Source: a virus (taxonomy: Duplodnaviria; Caudoviricetes). From it: a stretch of DNA of 45,362 bases. Positions 15,287 through 25,670 of this stretch are shown piece by piece. The notes beneath the pieces are model-generated. The model was not told where the DNA came from and did not search any database. It saw only the letters and a program-made list of their open reading frames with translations. Position 1 is the stretch's first letter. The number at the start of each line of letters is the position of its first letter. The stretch spans positions 1 through 45,362 of the IMG/VR virus record IMGVR_UViG_3300025387_000027. One strand, written 5' to 3'. The position numbers were made by a program, and so were the translations under genes.

Positions 15287-18200
15287 TAGCCGCTCGTCTC
15301 TATCTCAAACGTAAAGCCAAGGACGGTAGCAGGACGAGGGGAGGCGGCCTCTACATAAATACGAGAGTCGGTATTCCACATGCCATTAAATTCAAATTGC
15401 TGATAATCGTAATTATTCCAAATAGTATCTGACTGTGTTGAAACACCGTTTTCTACTAATGGCAAATTATCTGCAGTATATGTGTTTGTTAATTTGTCAT
15501 ATTGTCCGTATCTTACGCCCTGATAATGAGTATGGTCGAGAATGAACCCAATCTTGTTGACGCGCTTAGCTTTATTTAAAGCGGTTCCATCTTTAGCAGC
15601 AAAAGCGAGTTTAGCTGATACAAATTGTGCAGTATAAGGCAATCCAACAACAGCATTAACAACGGCGATGGGAAGGCCGGTAATCTGTCCGTTTGTGACA
15701 GTATAGGTTCCAAGATCTCGTCCAATTCCATTAGCATCATCTGTTGCACTTGCGCCCCAAACCGAAACAATTTGACCTTCAAGATATGAAAGACCAGTAA
15801 GGGCAGTCGTTGCCGTTCCATAATACAATGAATGGCAATCAACTAACTTATTTCTGTTTGCACCTTGACATTCATCGAGACGCGCAAACTTTTCAATGCA
15901 GCGAACAGTCTGTCCATTTATATTTCGCTTTACGACAACATAAACATTGTCTTCTAAATCTCCTGGGAGAACAGCTACTCTTTCATAAAAGCCGTTATTT
16001 GCCGCTGTATATCTAAACCATGCTGTTACGTCGTCATCTTCATCCCAAAGCAACAAAGCAATTTGTCCGTCATTTCTGACAAACCAAAAACGTGTATCGT
16101 ATTGCCTTTGCAAGGCTGTTTCTGTAAATCCAGAAAATCCAATATCAGGATTAAGTCTTGTTAAATCAGTTGCTTTGTATTCATAGGTTGCTGTCGTAAA
16201 TTCTATCATATAAATACGACGACCTGATCTTTGAATAAAAATACCTTTTGTATCAAGTGATAATCCGCGAATATTATACGTTCCTTGCGTATTGCTATAT
16301 TTAATATTGAAAGTAGTTGGCGTTAAAGGTTCATCAAGGGCTGTCGATCTAGCAGTAATAACACCTGCATCTGTTCCTATTGCCAATCGGCCCAATGACA
16401 TCATAAAATTACAATTTTGAATTGGGCCTTTTCCTATTGAACGATCAATGGGGGCCGCTTCACCGACTGCGTCAAAATTAAATGAATTATATGTATCTGA
16501 TACAGATCCCCATATTCTAGCATTTCCAGACCACCATAAGCGACCTTCATGAATAGCTACGCTTGTAGGCCAACCATCATTGCCGTTCCATTCACCCAAA
16601 CGCCACTGAGTTGTTGTGCCAGAACCAAAACTTTTTGCTGCAGAGAAGGGTTTTAATACTTCAATATTTGCGCTACTTCCTGAATTAATACTTAATATTC
16701 TTGCTACACCAGCGCCCCCACCAGAGCCTATTGAAAGATTGCACGTTGCTGAACCTGATGTATAACCCTTCATATACAAACGGTAATAAACTTTGACGTT
16801 ATTCATTTTGTCGTCAAATGTTTTCGTTGCTGCTGCTGTGAATACATAATTAGTTGAATCAACCTCAACAAAATCAGCCAATCCTTCTGGATCAAAAGTT
16901 CTTTGTAAAGATATTGTCCCCTTAAAATCAGAGGTAACAGATATTGTAATGTTAAATTGTCTGTCTGTAGTCGTTTGTGAAGTTTGAGTGCCAGAACTAT
17001 TTACATAAGGAATAACAGACGTTCCAGTTACCATAAGCGGAATTGTCGCCGTATCGGCTACGTTAAGAGTTTCTGTAGTATCTTGCCCTTGATGAAATAG
17101 TCTTATTAAAGCTCCAACCATATCATTATTAAAAAAAGATGAGCTGCTAGATGTCAAAGTAGTGTCGCCTCGCAATGCTCCAGGCGTCATTTGTATAGAA
17201 GCATCCCCTGTTGTTGCAGGAAATGGACCGTCATCTGTCAGATATTTAACAATAGACCATGAATTAAATGCACGTCTTTGAATAACTCTCTGTTGCATAC
17301 CGGCTGTTGCTATATAAAGCACATCCGCTGATTGATCGTATTTTAATGTATTTAAATTTGTCATTGACCATGGAGTCGGCAACACCATAGGGCCGCCAGC
17401 CTCAATTAAAATTGGATTTATAATTGCAGTAACAAGTCCTCGGCTCTCGATCTGAATGTATATTTGATCGTTTTTGCCAGACAATGCTTGTGGGCTAGAC
17501 GAGCTTGCGACTGTTTGAGAATTATTAATAGTATATGTTCCAACGCCTCCAGTGCCGCTTCCAAAAGCTGTAATGATGGTTCCGTTTGTAATATTTGACG
17601 CATTAACTGATTGATTGATTGCGATTGAACCGCTTGTTACAGATGTTACAGTTAGAGTTGTTCCTGAAATATATCCAGTATAAACACATGGCGTTGGAAT
17701 AAAATTTAATGAATGCACGCCAGGAGCTAAAATAGTTGTTGGAAAAACATCTTGCATATCCTGAGACGTTCCAACTTTTAAATTAACATTTTCTCCTTTT
17801 TGAACTGATATTCTTACGCCATGTGATTTATTTTGATTTTCAGCGCAATTTATTGTTCCGTAAGCATAAGATATAGAACCTTGCGTTACACCTTTGATTA
17901 CAAGATTTCCAATTGAATCAATTGAAACGCTTGCTTGATTTGACGCTACAGTTGTCCAAGATGAAAACGGCTGAATTGTGCTAGTCACTGTGTCGCGTGT
18001 AATTAAAGCATCATTTAGCCATACACGCATATTGCTATCTGTTAATTCAATTAATCCTGTATCAGTAGTTGCGTATATAAATTCAAGTAATTTACATGGG
18101 TTATTGTTTAACGTATTCCCAATAAATTCTGTTCCAGGTCGCAATGTCATTGGTCCCATAATAAGGGGCGTCCAATTAACCATTGTGTCAGCAGACAATC

Positions 18201-18288
18201 GAAGTTTATCGACATCAACGCGCCCTAAAGCAAGCGCGGATACTTCTCCATGATTAGGAGAATAAAATGGGATTTCTTGACGTGACAT
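15286..18288 (-). CDS. Tail tubular protein B (nozzle)
   Basis: GEVS...[46 protein letters not shown] motifs of podovirus nozzle proteins. Confidence 0.88.
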   Translation of the reverse strand: MSRQEIPFYSPNHGEVSALALGRVDVDKLRLSADTMVNWTPLIMGPMTLRPGTEFIGNTLNNNPCKLLEFIYATTDTGLIELTDSNMRVWLNDALITRDTVTSTIQPFSSWTTVASNQASVSIDSIGNLVIKGVTQGSISYAYGTINCAENQNKSHGVRISVQKGENVNLKVGTSQDMQDVFPTTILAPGVHSLNFIPTPCVYTGYISGTTLTVTSVTSGSIAINQSVNASNITNGTIITAFGSGTGGVGTYTINNSQTVASSSSPQALSGKNDQIYIQIESRGLVTAIINPILIEAGGPMVLPTPWSMTNLNTLKYDQSADVLYIATAGMQQRVIQRRAFNSWSIVKYLTDDGPFPATTGDASIQMTPGALRGDTTLTSSSSSFFNNDMVGALIRLFHQGQDTTETLNVADTATIPLMVTGTSVIPYVNSSGTQTSQTTTDRQFNITISVTSDFKGTISLQRTFDPEGLADFVEVDSTNYVFTAAATKTFDDKMNNVKVYYRLYMKGYTSGSATCNLSIGSGGGAGVARILSINSGSSANIEVLKPFSAAKSFGSGTTTQWRLGEWNGNDGWPTSVAIHEGRLWWSGNARIWGSVSDTYNSFNFDAVGEAAPIDRSIGKGPIQNCNFMMSLGRLAIGTDAGVITARSTALDEPLTPTTFNIKYSNTQGTYNIRGLSLDTKGIFIQRSGRRIYMIEFTTATYEYKATDLTRLNPDIGFSGFTETALQRQYDTRFWFVRNDGQIALLLWDEDDDVTAWFRYTAANNGFYERVAVLPGDLEDNVYVVVKRNINGQTVRCIEKFARLDECQGANRNKLVDCHSLYYGTATTALTGLSYLEGQIVSVWGASATDDANGIGRDLGTYTVTNGQITGLPIAVVNAVVGLPYTAQFVSAKLAFAAKDGTALNKAKRVNKIGFILDHTHYQGVRYGQYDKLTNTYTADNLPLVENGVSTQSDTIWNNYDYQQFEFNGMWNTDSRIYVEAASPRPATVLGFTFEIETSG

Positions 18289-18291
18289 ATT

Positions 18292-19176
18292 TTACCAGTT
18301 CTTGATTGAATTGCTATAATAGCCAATATAACCACGACGAATGCGGCTCGTCGTCCATGTGCCAAGCGGCCATGGTGTAGGAGGCTGATCTAGTGCGTCA
18401 TTTGCTGAAGCGCGTTTAAAATATTCTCTCTCACGCTTTTCGATCTTGTCGCTAAATTCGCCGTTTTGCGTAACACGATCAACAATTGTTCTTGCCAAAG
18501 CCGCGCCAACATATTCAGCATAATCTGTCGGCCATGCAGAAATATTATTACCTAGTGTGCTAGAAACATATCTAACGTAAATAGTGTCTGCGTTTGCAAG
18601 CCAATATCCATCTTGATCCTGGTAATTACGCAATGGAGGGTCAAACGTCTCTGATGTTGAAACCCATGTGGTCTTTACCCAATCCGCAGGTTTTTGAAAT
18701 GCAGACTGATAGCCAAAGGATGGCGTGATAGCGCTGGCGGAATCTATTTCAATTGCTCTAGTGGCAAAATTCCAGTTTGTTGCTCTTAAACACAACAATA
18801 AAACATCGTTGTATTCATCGTCCAAATAGCGGCGCGACTCTCTGCCTTCTGATAAAGATGAAAGTTTGCGCTCGCCAAGATGTCGCAATGCTTTATTATA
18901 AAGTGTTAATTTATTATTTGCATTAAATACGACGCCGTTTGGGTCGGCAAAGCCTTGCGCTGCTATAAACAGCGCGGCCATTTGATCGTCAGTCCACCCA
19001 AATGTAGATTGAGTTAAAATAGAAAGTGCGTCGCCTGGAATAACATTTACAGCACTATTAAACTCAATCCATACAGGATTGCCTTTGTTAGCCGTTACCG
19101 CTTCGTAAAGCGTTTCCATGCTACCTTGTTGGGCGACAGCGTTAAAAAATTGCTGACGTGTTACAGATTGAGTCAT
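18292..19176 (-). CDS. Tail tubular protein A (adaptor) with an extra N-terminal domain
   Basis: LYNKALRHLGE, WNFATR, FGYQSAFQKPADW, LARTI motifs; about 80 additional N-terminal residues. Confidence 0.82.
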   Translation of the reverse strand: MTQSVTRQQFFNAVAQQGSMETLYEAVTANKGNPVWIEFNSAVNVIPGDALSILTQSTFGWTDDQMAALFIAAQGFADPNGVVFNANNKLTLYNKALRHLGERKLSSLSEGRESRRYLDDEYNDVLLLCLRATNWNFATRAIEIDSASAITPSFGYQSAFQKPADWVKTTWVSTSETFDPPLRNYQDQDGYWLANADTIYVRYVSSTLGNNISAWPTDYAEYVGAALARTIVDRVTQNGEFSDKIEKREREYFKRASANDALDQPPTPWPLGTWTTSRIRRGYIGYYSNSIKNW

Positions 19177-19194
19177 AGCAATTCCTGTTATTAA

Positions 19195-20523
19195 TCAATA
19201 ACCATGGCAAACGTAGCTAATGCCAAGTGATGTAGCACTTGTATAATTTACAGTGAAACCTGTTTTGCTTTGCGTTGAAATATACATACCGGAATTTGCA
19301 GCACCAACAGGACTAACAGCACAATAAGCTGTTGTTGAGTATGCTGTAGCAAAGGCAATTTGACATGATGTGGTTGCCGTGCCGCCGCTATAAAGCTGAC
19401 CGCTCATCATATTGCTGCCAGTCTGCACTGTCGGACTCGTTCCACAATTTGATATTGTGATGCCTGTTGTTGTTCCAGTGCTTAAACTATAGATAGCGTA
19501 TAAAGCTGTAACCTTACCTGTTGAATCGGCTATAAATTTGCTTGACGATAGATTTAACGATGTTCCTGTGGCTGCGCCAATATTTGGTGTTGTAAGCGTT
19601 GGCGAGCTTCCAAAAGATGTCAGCGAAGATGCTGTTACGCCGCTATTAAGCGTAGATCCAGTCAAGTTGCCAGCAGCAGCAATATTAGCCGTTATAGATG
19701 TATTACAGGTAAAACCTGTTCCGCTAGTCCATGTCAAAGCGTTTGATGCGCTACTACATGAGGGCATTACAAAAGCTGTAGGCTGAGCGCTCGTTGCTGT
19801 CGCATTTGTAATGACGGTATTTGCAGCTATTGAGCCGATATTCCCTACAGGAATTGTTGTTGCAGCATTGCAGGCACTATTTCCGTTGCAATAAACATAT
19901 CCTGTCAGCGCTTTCATAATTGGCGCTACCGTATCTGTCTGTGTCAGCAACCATGTGTTTGCAGCAGATAAAAGTGCAGTTGAGCCATTTACAACATTTG
20001 TAACAGGAACGTTTGTTGAAGCAGAACAAACGCTTGACCCATTACAATATACATACCCTGTAAGAGCCGTCATAATTGGCGCTAAAGTTAAAGTTTGGGT
20101 TGCCGACCAAGTATTATTGGCTGATAATATTGCCGTAGAGCCGTTGACAATATTAGCTACAGGAATAGTTGCTGAAGCCGTGCAAGCGCTCGCGCCGTTA
20201 CAATAAACATAACCTGTAAGAGCCGTTATAATGGGAGCTTGTGTTAGCGTTTGTGTCAACGACCAAGAGTTTGCCGCTGACAAAATAGGTGTGGTCCCAT
20301 TTACAATATAGCCAACAGGAACAGCCCATGTGCCAGATGATGATACCGTGCCAAGCGGATACCAGGTTCCAGCAAGGTTCGCCCCAAAAGAGTAGGGGGA
20401 CGTTCCCTGCGTAATGCCCCATGACATTTGATAATATGTCAAGCTTTTTGCTTGATAAGGGCAAAATAATAGCGCGGCTAAGAAGATTGCGCTTTTAAAC
20501 TTGGCACGGAAATTTAGCATCAT
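19195..20523 (-). CDS. Fibre-like protein with Sec signal peptide and three 52-aa repeats
   Basis: Leader MMLNFRAKFKSAIFLAALLFCPYQAKS; fibre motif SPTLTTPNIGAATGTSL; Cys pairs. Confidence 0.72.
   Translation of the reverse strand: MMLNFRAKFKSAIFLAALLFCPYQAKSLTYYQMSWGITQGTSPYSFGANLAGTWYPLGTVSSSGTWAVPVGYIVNGTTPILSAANSWSLTQTLTQAPIITALTGYVYCNGASACTASATIPVANIVNGSTAILSANNTWSATQTLTLAPIMTALTGYVYCNGSSVCSASTNVPVTNVVNGSTALLSAANTWLLTQTDTVAPIMKALTGYVYCNGNSACNAATTIPVGNIGSIAANTVITNATATSAQPTAFVMPSCSSASNALTWTSGTGFTCNTSITANIAAAGNLTGSTLNSGVTASSLTSFGSSPTLTTPNIGAATGTSLNLSSSKFIADSTGKVTALYAIYSLSTGTTTGITISNCGTSPTVQTGSNMMSGQLYSGGTATTSCQIAFATAYSTTAYCAVSPVGAANSGMYISTQSKTGFTVNYTSATSLGISYVCHGY
19852..20319 (-). repeat. 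Three tandem 156-bp (52-aa) coding repeats
   Basis: ALTGYVYCNG recurs with exactly 156-nt spacing (19889, 20045, 20201). Confidence 0.92.
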
Positions 20524-20963
20524 TAAGCCGCCATAGCTCTGACATGGGATTTAATGTAATCGAGCGCCTGTTCGCGCGTTTCAAAGCCGTCTTTAATAAT
20601 CTGATTGTCAGACAAACGGACAACTGAAAACTTACGATGTGGGCCTTTCCAAGCCGCCTCAAACTCAGGGCTAACCATAGCAGCCGCGACAGGCTCAAGA
20701 TCGACCTTGCGAAGAAGCGCCATCTTTGCCCAATTACGTCCAGCAGCACGGACATAAAGCTCAGCAAAGTAACTGCCGTCTTCCGCGTGAATTTCTACGA
20801 GATCACCTGGCTTAAACTTAACAGCCACAAGCGACCAGTAAGAATCTTTTAAGATGTCTTCAAACTTTGTGCCTTCTTCTGGCACGATATGATGGGCCTG
20901 ACGCGCAAATTCGACAAAGCTTAATCGAGATTCGCGTATCATAGGGACGCCAGCTTCTTGCAT
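20523..20963 (-). CDS. Conserved hypothetical morphogenesis-region protein
   Basis: GGAG RBS before ATG 20963 (MQEAGVPM); the longer ORF-track start lies inside a terminator. Confidence 0.75.
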   Translation of the reverse strand: MQEAGVPMIRESRLSFVEFARQAHHIVPEEGTKFEDILKDSYWSLVAVKFKPGDLVEIHAEDGSYFAELYVRAAGRNWAKMALLRKVDLEPVAAAMVSPEFEAAWKGPHRKFSVVRLSDNQIIKDGFETREQALDYIKSHVRAMAA

Positions 20964-20975
20964 ATTATACTCCAC

Positions 20976-21006
20976 AAAAAAGAAGGGGGCCGGAATGGCC
21001 CCCTCC
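20976..21006 (-). terminator. Rho-independent terminator
   Basis: GAGGGGGCC-ATTCC-GGCCCCCTTC followed by T6 on the minus strand. Confidence 0.85.
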
Positions 21007-21014
21007 AAAACTTA

Positions 21015-21317
21015 TTAGCTCAGTGTCAGAGCGCCAGCGGCAGATGTCGTCGTGGCAGTCGTGCCAAGAGACGCAGCGCCAGTTGAGCTGCTTGAGCTTA
21101 CGACAACAGTGATTGAAACGCGCGTATTGGTCGTGTCGTAAACGAACACAAGATCGCCAACATCCATTCCAAGGGCATAGCCATTGGAAAAGTAGCCAGA
21201 GCCAAGAACCGTTGCGATAGCATCGGTTGATTTATAAGCCCAAAGCTGTGGGCCAATTTGGTTGTCCATAGGAGCCGGAACAAGAAGCGCCGGTGGGTTT
21301 GACGTTGAATAAGCCAT
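21015..21317 (-). CDS. Putative capsid decoration/cement protein
   Basis: 100 aa gene right after the capsid gene, strong AAAGGA RBS, WAYKSTD...GYF...VGDLVFV motif. Confidence 0.6.
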   Translation of the reverse strand: MAYSTSNPPALLVPAPMDNQIGPQLWAYKSTDAIATVLGSGYFSNGYALGMDVGDLVFVYDTTNTRVSITVVVSSSSSTGAASLGTTATTTSAAGALTLS

Positions 21318-21341
21318 TGAGGCTTCCTTTCATGAAAGTTG

Positions 21342-21374
21342 AAAATAAAAAGCCGTAGCGCTAGGCCACGGCTT
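21342..21374 (-). terminator. Rho-independent terminator after the capsid gene
   Basis: AAGCCGTGGC-loop-GCTACGGCTT then TTTATTTT on the minus strand. Confidence 0.7.
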
Positions 21375-21379
21375 AATTA

Positions 21380-22237
21380 TTAGTATGCAGAACCGTCGTG
21401 GTTTACGACAACGACACCCTTCGTCTGCAACAGCTTCGATCCCATGAAGATCGTGCTGCGAGCGAAGTAATAATCGTCTTCCTCGTTGTAACCAGCTTTA
21501 ACGTCCATTTCGCCAGTGTTGACGGCATGGCCGATAGCGTCTTTATGGAAGGCAAAGCACTTCTCAGCAGACGTCGCTGCACCAGACAGGCGTGGATGCC
21601 AAATCCAGTTAAAGCCAGCCCAGCGCTCAACTTTACGCGTTCCATTAACGCCAAGATCTGCACCAGAATCAATGAATGGAAGGTTCATGTCAACCCAATC
21701 ACGCGAACCAAATTCTTTGGTCTGCATCAGGTAAGCGCGGAAAGCTGGCGAAGCGACGAAGAACATGTTTTCTTCTTCATCGACGGCAACTTCGTTTTTA
21801 CCAAGGATTGCCTGAGCTTTCATAACAAGGCTCAAAGAGGCAGTCGTAGCCGTGCCAGTGTTGTTGCTGGCGTTAGCAAGCTCGCCAAGGATGTCCTGGT
21901 CGATCTTACGGTTCATGACTTTAATGGTCGTTTCCTGCATAATACGGCGGCCATCACCCTGCGAAGCAAAGATGTTGAAGCCGGTGCGGCGTGGCTTGTC
22001 GTGCCATTCCTGCAACGTCGCCGTATATTGGTTCAGGTTGTCAGCGCGGCCTGGGATTAGACCGTTTACGCCACGCGTAACAGCCGCAGCGTTGCCAGTA
22101 TCAGCAACCAGGAATACTGCCTGATTACCTTTAATAACAGACTCCGTTACGCAAGCTGAGCGCAAAAGAGACTGACCTTGCTCGAAACCGGCAATAAATT
22201 CCTGCCGGTATTGTAACTGAAAAGCAGTATTTGACAT
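21380..22237 (-). CDS. Major capsid protein
   Basis: MSNTAFQLQYRQEFIAGFEQGQSLLR..., MNRKIDQDI, W.GFNWI, CFAFHKDAIG; AAAGGTG RBS; downstream of scaffold. Confidence 0.9.
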   Translation of the reverse strand: MSNTAFQLQYRQEFIAGFEQGQSLLRSACVTESVIKGNQAVFLVADTGNAAAVTRGVNGLIPGRADNLNQYTATLQEWHDKPRRTGFNIFASQGDGRRIMQETTIKVMNRKIDQDILGELANASNNTGTATTASLSLVMKAQAILGKNEVAVDEEENMFFVASPAFRAYLMQTKEFGSRDWVDMNLPFIDSGADLGVNGTRKVERWAGFNWIWHPRLSGAATSAEKCFAFHKDAIGHAVNTGEMDVKAGYNEEDDYYFARSTIFMGSKLLQTKGVVVVNHDGSAY

Positions 22238-22239
22238 TT

Positions 22240-22427
22240 TGAAGCACCTTTCGGTTTGGAAAGACGCCTCGATCTGGTTGTCCATAGGCGCGCGTTATGG
22301 GTTGCCGCTGACCTAAAACCAGCGAGCCACTTAGCGCCCTATGGGGCTTCTCGAATGCGTATGGGTTGGGTTAGTTGCTCATTCAGCCAGGGCTGCATAT
22401 GCAGGTTGTCTAGCCGCTCAGAGCGAA
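22240..22427 (-). promoter_or_regulatory. Structured RNA leader of the capsid gene
   Basis: Two multi-stem domains with three copies of the internal loop G-RCAAC-C / G-CY-C, plus a short CTTTC/GAAAG stem covering the RBS. Confidence 0.65.
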
Positions 22428-23360
22428 TTACGCAGCGCGTCCCTTACTTTCTCTGGCGACTTTAACGCCAAGAAGTTCTTGATAACGTGCTTGCATCTTT
22501 TTATCGGCCCAATATTCTTTGGTGCCGACTTTCTTTTGAAGCGTTGACAGCTCGTCTTCAGCATTAGCAAATCCATTTGACGGAACAACTGTTGCCGTCG
22601 GATTAGCTTCACGCGCGATTGCCGCCATCACTTTTAGAAAACGTGGATCATCGCCTAATATTTTTCCGTTAGGCAGTCTTGCCTCATACAATTGCGTCTT
22701 AAAATCATCAGGCGCAAATGAGTCCAAAACATTATTAATCGCATTTAAGTTTTTGCGATATTCATTGCCCCATTCACGACGAAGGTTATCTTCAGCTTCC
22801 TGATGATTGCGCTCATCAAAATCCTGTATGAGATTGACATTCCGTCCTTGCTGCGAAGCGTAAAAATCTGCGATCTTTTTTGCATATTGAGAAGGAATGT
22901 TATTTTCATGAGCGTATTTGGCAAAATCATCCAATAGCGGCTTGTCAGTGTCAGACCAGACAAAACCATCGCCTAAATCGAAGCTATAGCCATCTGCACT
23001 TTCAGGAACGCCATTCTCCGAACGCCACGCTTTTAATTCTTGCTCTGTCGGATTGTCAGGCAGAGATGACCGTAAATTGCCAGATGATAATCTTTGCTGA
23101 GCATCACGATAAGCTTTTGCCAGGTCAGACGGAGAGTTAAATCTATCAAGAGTTTTAAGATAGCTTTTATCCTCACCAGCAAGTTTTGTGCGCCAATCTT
23201 CCGGCCAGTCGGCAGGAGTAGATACCGGCTGATCGCTACCGTTTCCGCTTGCGATTGTTCCTAGTTTTTCTGAGCCTGTGTCAGACGCAGAAACGGCGTC
23301 GCCTTGAGGGGAAACGCCGTCATTTGAAGCCATACCGCCGACGCTTAAATCGTCACTCAT
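22428..23360 (-). CDS. Capsid assembly scaffolding protein
   Basis: DWRTKL...FNSPSDLAKAY, GVPESADGY, LRREWG motifs; between portal and capsid. Confidence 0.82.
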   Translation of the reverse strand: MSDDLSVGGMASNDGVSPQGDAVSASDTGSEKLGTIASGNGSDQPVSTPADWPEDWRTKLAGEDKSYLKTLDRFNSPSDLAKAYRDAQQRLSSGNLRSSLPDNPTEQELKAWRSENGVPESADGYSFDLGDGFVWSDTDKPLLDDFAKYAHENNIPSQYAKKIADFYASQQGRNVNLIQDFDERNHQEAEDNLRREWGNEYRKNLNAINNVLDSFAPDDFKTQLYEARLPNGKILGDDPRFLKVMAAIAREANPTATVVPSNGFANAEDELSTLQKKVGTKEYWADKKMQARYQELLGVKVARESKGRAA

Positions 23361-23643
23361 TCAATTCGTCCTCTAAGGAGGCTGACGGCATATTTATGAG
23401 CGACACAATTTCCAGACCGACAAATCTCTTGCCGGACGCAAAGTCAGAATCTCTCGGACTGTCTGGATAAAAGGTCGTGTCAGCTACGCCACACGCCACG
23501 TTTAAAATCCAATTGAGGGCGCGTTTTTGCTGCCCTTCACTGGCTCCGCCAGACGCGAGCGCTTTAAGGGCATACACGTCTGCTTTATCGCAGGGGGAAG
23601 GTTTCCACGGCCTGCGATCCGAAGATCGTTTTCTTATTGGCAT
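23353..23643 (-). CDS. Bbp19-like small head-module protein
   Basis: EGQQKRALNWI...FASGKRFVGLEI; conserved position between portal and scaffold. Confidence 0.65.
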   Translation of the reverse strand: MPIRKRSSDRRPWKPSPCDKADVYALKALASGGASEGQQKRALNWILNVACGVADTTFYPDSPRDSDFASGKRFVGLEIVSLINMPSASLEDELNE

Positions 23644-23648
23644 TTACT

Positions 23649-25328
23649 TTACGGTGCTATTTGTTGATCGCCTGGACGCGGAGCTAGTGCATCGCTAAAT
23701 TTTTTTGCTGCACCGCCTGCTTGTTCAGCCATTTGCGCGGTTGCTTGCGCTTGCGCCATTTCTTGCTGTTGCTGCGCTTGCTCTGCTTGCTGAGCCTGCG
23801 CTTGCATCTTCGCCATCTGGGCTTGTTTTTCATCAACAAACCAAGCAGCAGGAGCGCCAGCACCTTCAGCGGCATCACGGAACGCACGATCCATATCCAT
23901 GTCATGAACAACCATAGGATCAAGTTGTGCAGCAGTCTGAAGAAGCTGAGCAGTAGACATAAAGGCTTGGCTATTAGCTCTTGTCTGAGCAGCTTGTAGA
24001 GGGCTTTCAAAAGTAAATCTAATGTTTTGACCTGACAGAGACGGCGGCATATCCCAGGGGTTTCCAAACGCGCCGTTGCGAAGAAGGATGTCAAACGTCC
24101 GATCACAAAGAGCGCCGTTGTATTCCGTTTCCATTGGCTCAAAAAGAGGAAGGGCGCGTCTGATGTATTCCTCCACGCGCTTTTGCGTTTCAAACGCTGT
24201 CATGTCTCCCTTTAATTCTGGGAGCTGGATCTGATTGAGATAAAAAGCTTCTGTAATAAGCTCTCTGACTTTTTGCTCTCTTGCATCGCCCCATTGAAGA
24301 CCGCTTTTATCCAAAGGCAATGGGCGCAACGCTTCGCCTGTTCTTTCGTCATACTCAGCGTCAAGGTAAGTAATGCCGCCAGCAAAAAGATTAACGCCGC
24401 CTTGAATGGCGTCGCCCACCGCCATCATCGGAGGGTCAACAGCTTTTTGACCTGCTTCCATTAATGTCAGCGTCATTTGCTGCAACATTCTGGCGTCAGA
24501 AATGGCAATTACGCTTGCTGGTGAATATGCGTATTGAGATCCTGCGACGGTCTGCCAACGAGGAATAATGTATGTGTTTTCAGGAACACCCACTTCTTCA
24601 AGAATTGTTTCATTATCAGCATCTATATATATAGAAACAAATGGATGTTTTTTCTTAGTATTTGATAAATCATAATCATTTGATGGAATAATAATATGAC
24701 GACAATTTATTTCTTTATAAGGATCTTTTTCTAAAACTTTATTTATCTTATCGCTAACAGTTTTTGGAAATAACTGAGCTAATTGACGCGCTGTTGGCTT
24801 CCATTTACGATGGACAAGATCAACTTCAAAGTGATAATTTTCTGACCAAGCGACATCTCGTAAATGCCAACACCTAAAAAGCAAGCCATCATTATCCCTG
24901 TTTAATTCAACAGAAATGACTGCTTGTCCAAAAGCCGCAAAATCATGATCGCCTTCGCGCGTTGCTCTAATAAAACCAGAGCGCGTGTCATACATATAAA
25001 GGCGCATTTTATCGCTGGCCCAATCGAGCCATTGACGTGAAGCAGGATCGCGGTTGAGCTGTTCAATAGGCGTCCTAGCGTGAAACCAAGGTTGGCCGCG
25101 AGGGCGAAGCATTGCACCAATTTGATTTGCAAGATCGCGCCGACACATAGCCGGAACACCTGTCATCAAATGGGCGGCAAACTCTTGTCCTATTGAACGC
25201 GTCGTTGTAAAATCGGCACGCTCCACATAGAAATTTTCAGCTATTGATTGCCAAAGGCTGAGAATTTGGATGCGCGAGGAAAAGAGGCGCTCACCTTGTT
25301 CGATGAGTTCCTTAACCCTGGCTTTCAT
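23649..25328 (-). CDS. Portal protein (head-to-tail connector, T7/BPP-1 type)
   Basis: WQSIAE, PRGQPWF, PRWQTVAGSQYAYSP, KAVDPPM, MTAFE, ESPL motifs; Gln/Ala-rich C-terminus. Confidence 0.92.
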   Translation of the reverse strand: MKARVKELIEQGERLFSSRIQILSLWQSIAENFYVERADFTTTRSIGQEFAAHLMTGVPAMCRRDLANQIGAMLRPRGQPWFHARTPIEQLNRDPASRQWLDWASDKMRLYMYDTRSGFIRATREGDHDFAAFGQAVISVELNRDNDGLLFRCWHLRDVAWSENYHFEVDLVHRKWKPTARQLAQLFPKTVSDKINKVLEKDPYKEINCRHIIIPSNDYDLSNTKKKHPFVSIYIDADNETILEEVGVPENTYIIPRWQTVAGSQYAYSPASVIAISDARMLQQMTLTLMEAGQKAVDPPMMAVGDAIQGGVNLFAGGITYLDAEYDERTGEALRPLPLDKSGLQWGDAREQKVRELITEAFYLNQIQLPELKGDMTAFETQKRVEEYIRRALPLFEPMETEYNGALCDRTFDILLRNGAFGNPWDMPPSLSGQNIRFTFESPLQAAQTRANSQAFMSTAQLLQTAAQLDPMVVHDMDMDRAFRDAAEGAGAPAAWFVDEKQAQMAKMQAQAQQAEQAQQQQEMAQAQATAQMAEQAGGAAKKFSDALAPRPGDQQIAP

Positions 25329-25331
25329 ATA

Positions 25332-25670
25332 TTAGGCACCAAGTTTGGTATTATTGAAACTATCCGTCTGAGGAGCTGCTGCAGACGCCGTTGTATTTGG
25401 TGTTGCGTTTCCAGGCGCAGCCGCGAGAGTGCTTTTCTTTTTCTTGGAACCGCCAAGAACATTAGCTTGCTCGCCTTGTAAATTGTTTGAAAAGTTATTT
25501 CTGGCAGCTTCCGCCGCAGCAGAAGATTGCATATAAGGCATAGGCGCTACTGCAGGAGCAGTCGGAGCCGGAGGAGGTGCGGCGGCAGATGCCGCTTGTG
25601 CAGATTGAATTGCTGAAATAGCTGCAAGTTGTTGCATTGTGTTATTGCCGCCACCGCCACCTTTACTCAT
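25332..25670 (-). CDS. Small low-complexity virion-associated protein
   Basis: MSKGGGGG start, Pro/Ala-rich, ends KLGA; typical gene just upstream of podovirus portals. Confidence 0.65.
   Translation of the reverse strand: MSKGGGGGNNTMQQLAAISAIQSAQAASAAAPPPAPTAPAVAPMPYMQSSAAAEAARNNFSNNLQGEQANVLGGSKKKKSTLAAAPGNATPNTTASAAAPQTDSFNNTKLGA

Noticed and set aside
20964-21008. N-terminal extension MEGAIPAPFFFVEYN of 20523-21008
   Set aside because: Lies within a terminator; the RBS supports ATG 20963
21398-22060. 220-aa plus-strand ORF
   Set aside because: Antisense shadow of the capsid gene with no recognisable motifs; most other nested ORF-track entries were dropped for the same reason
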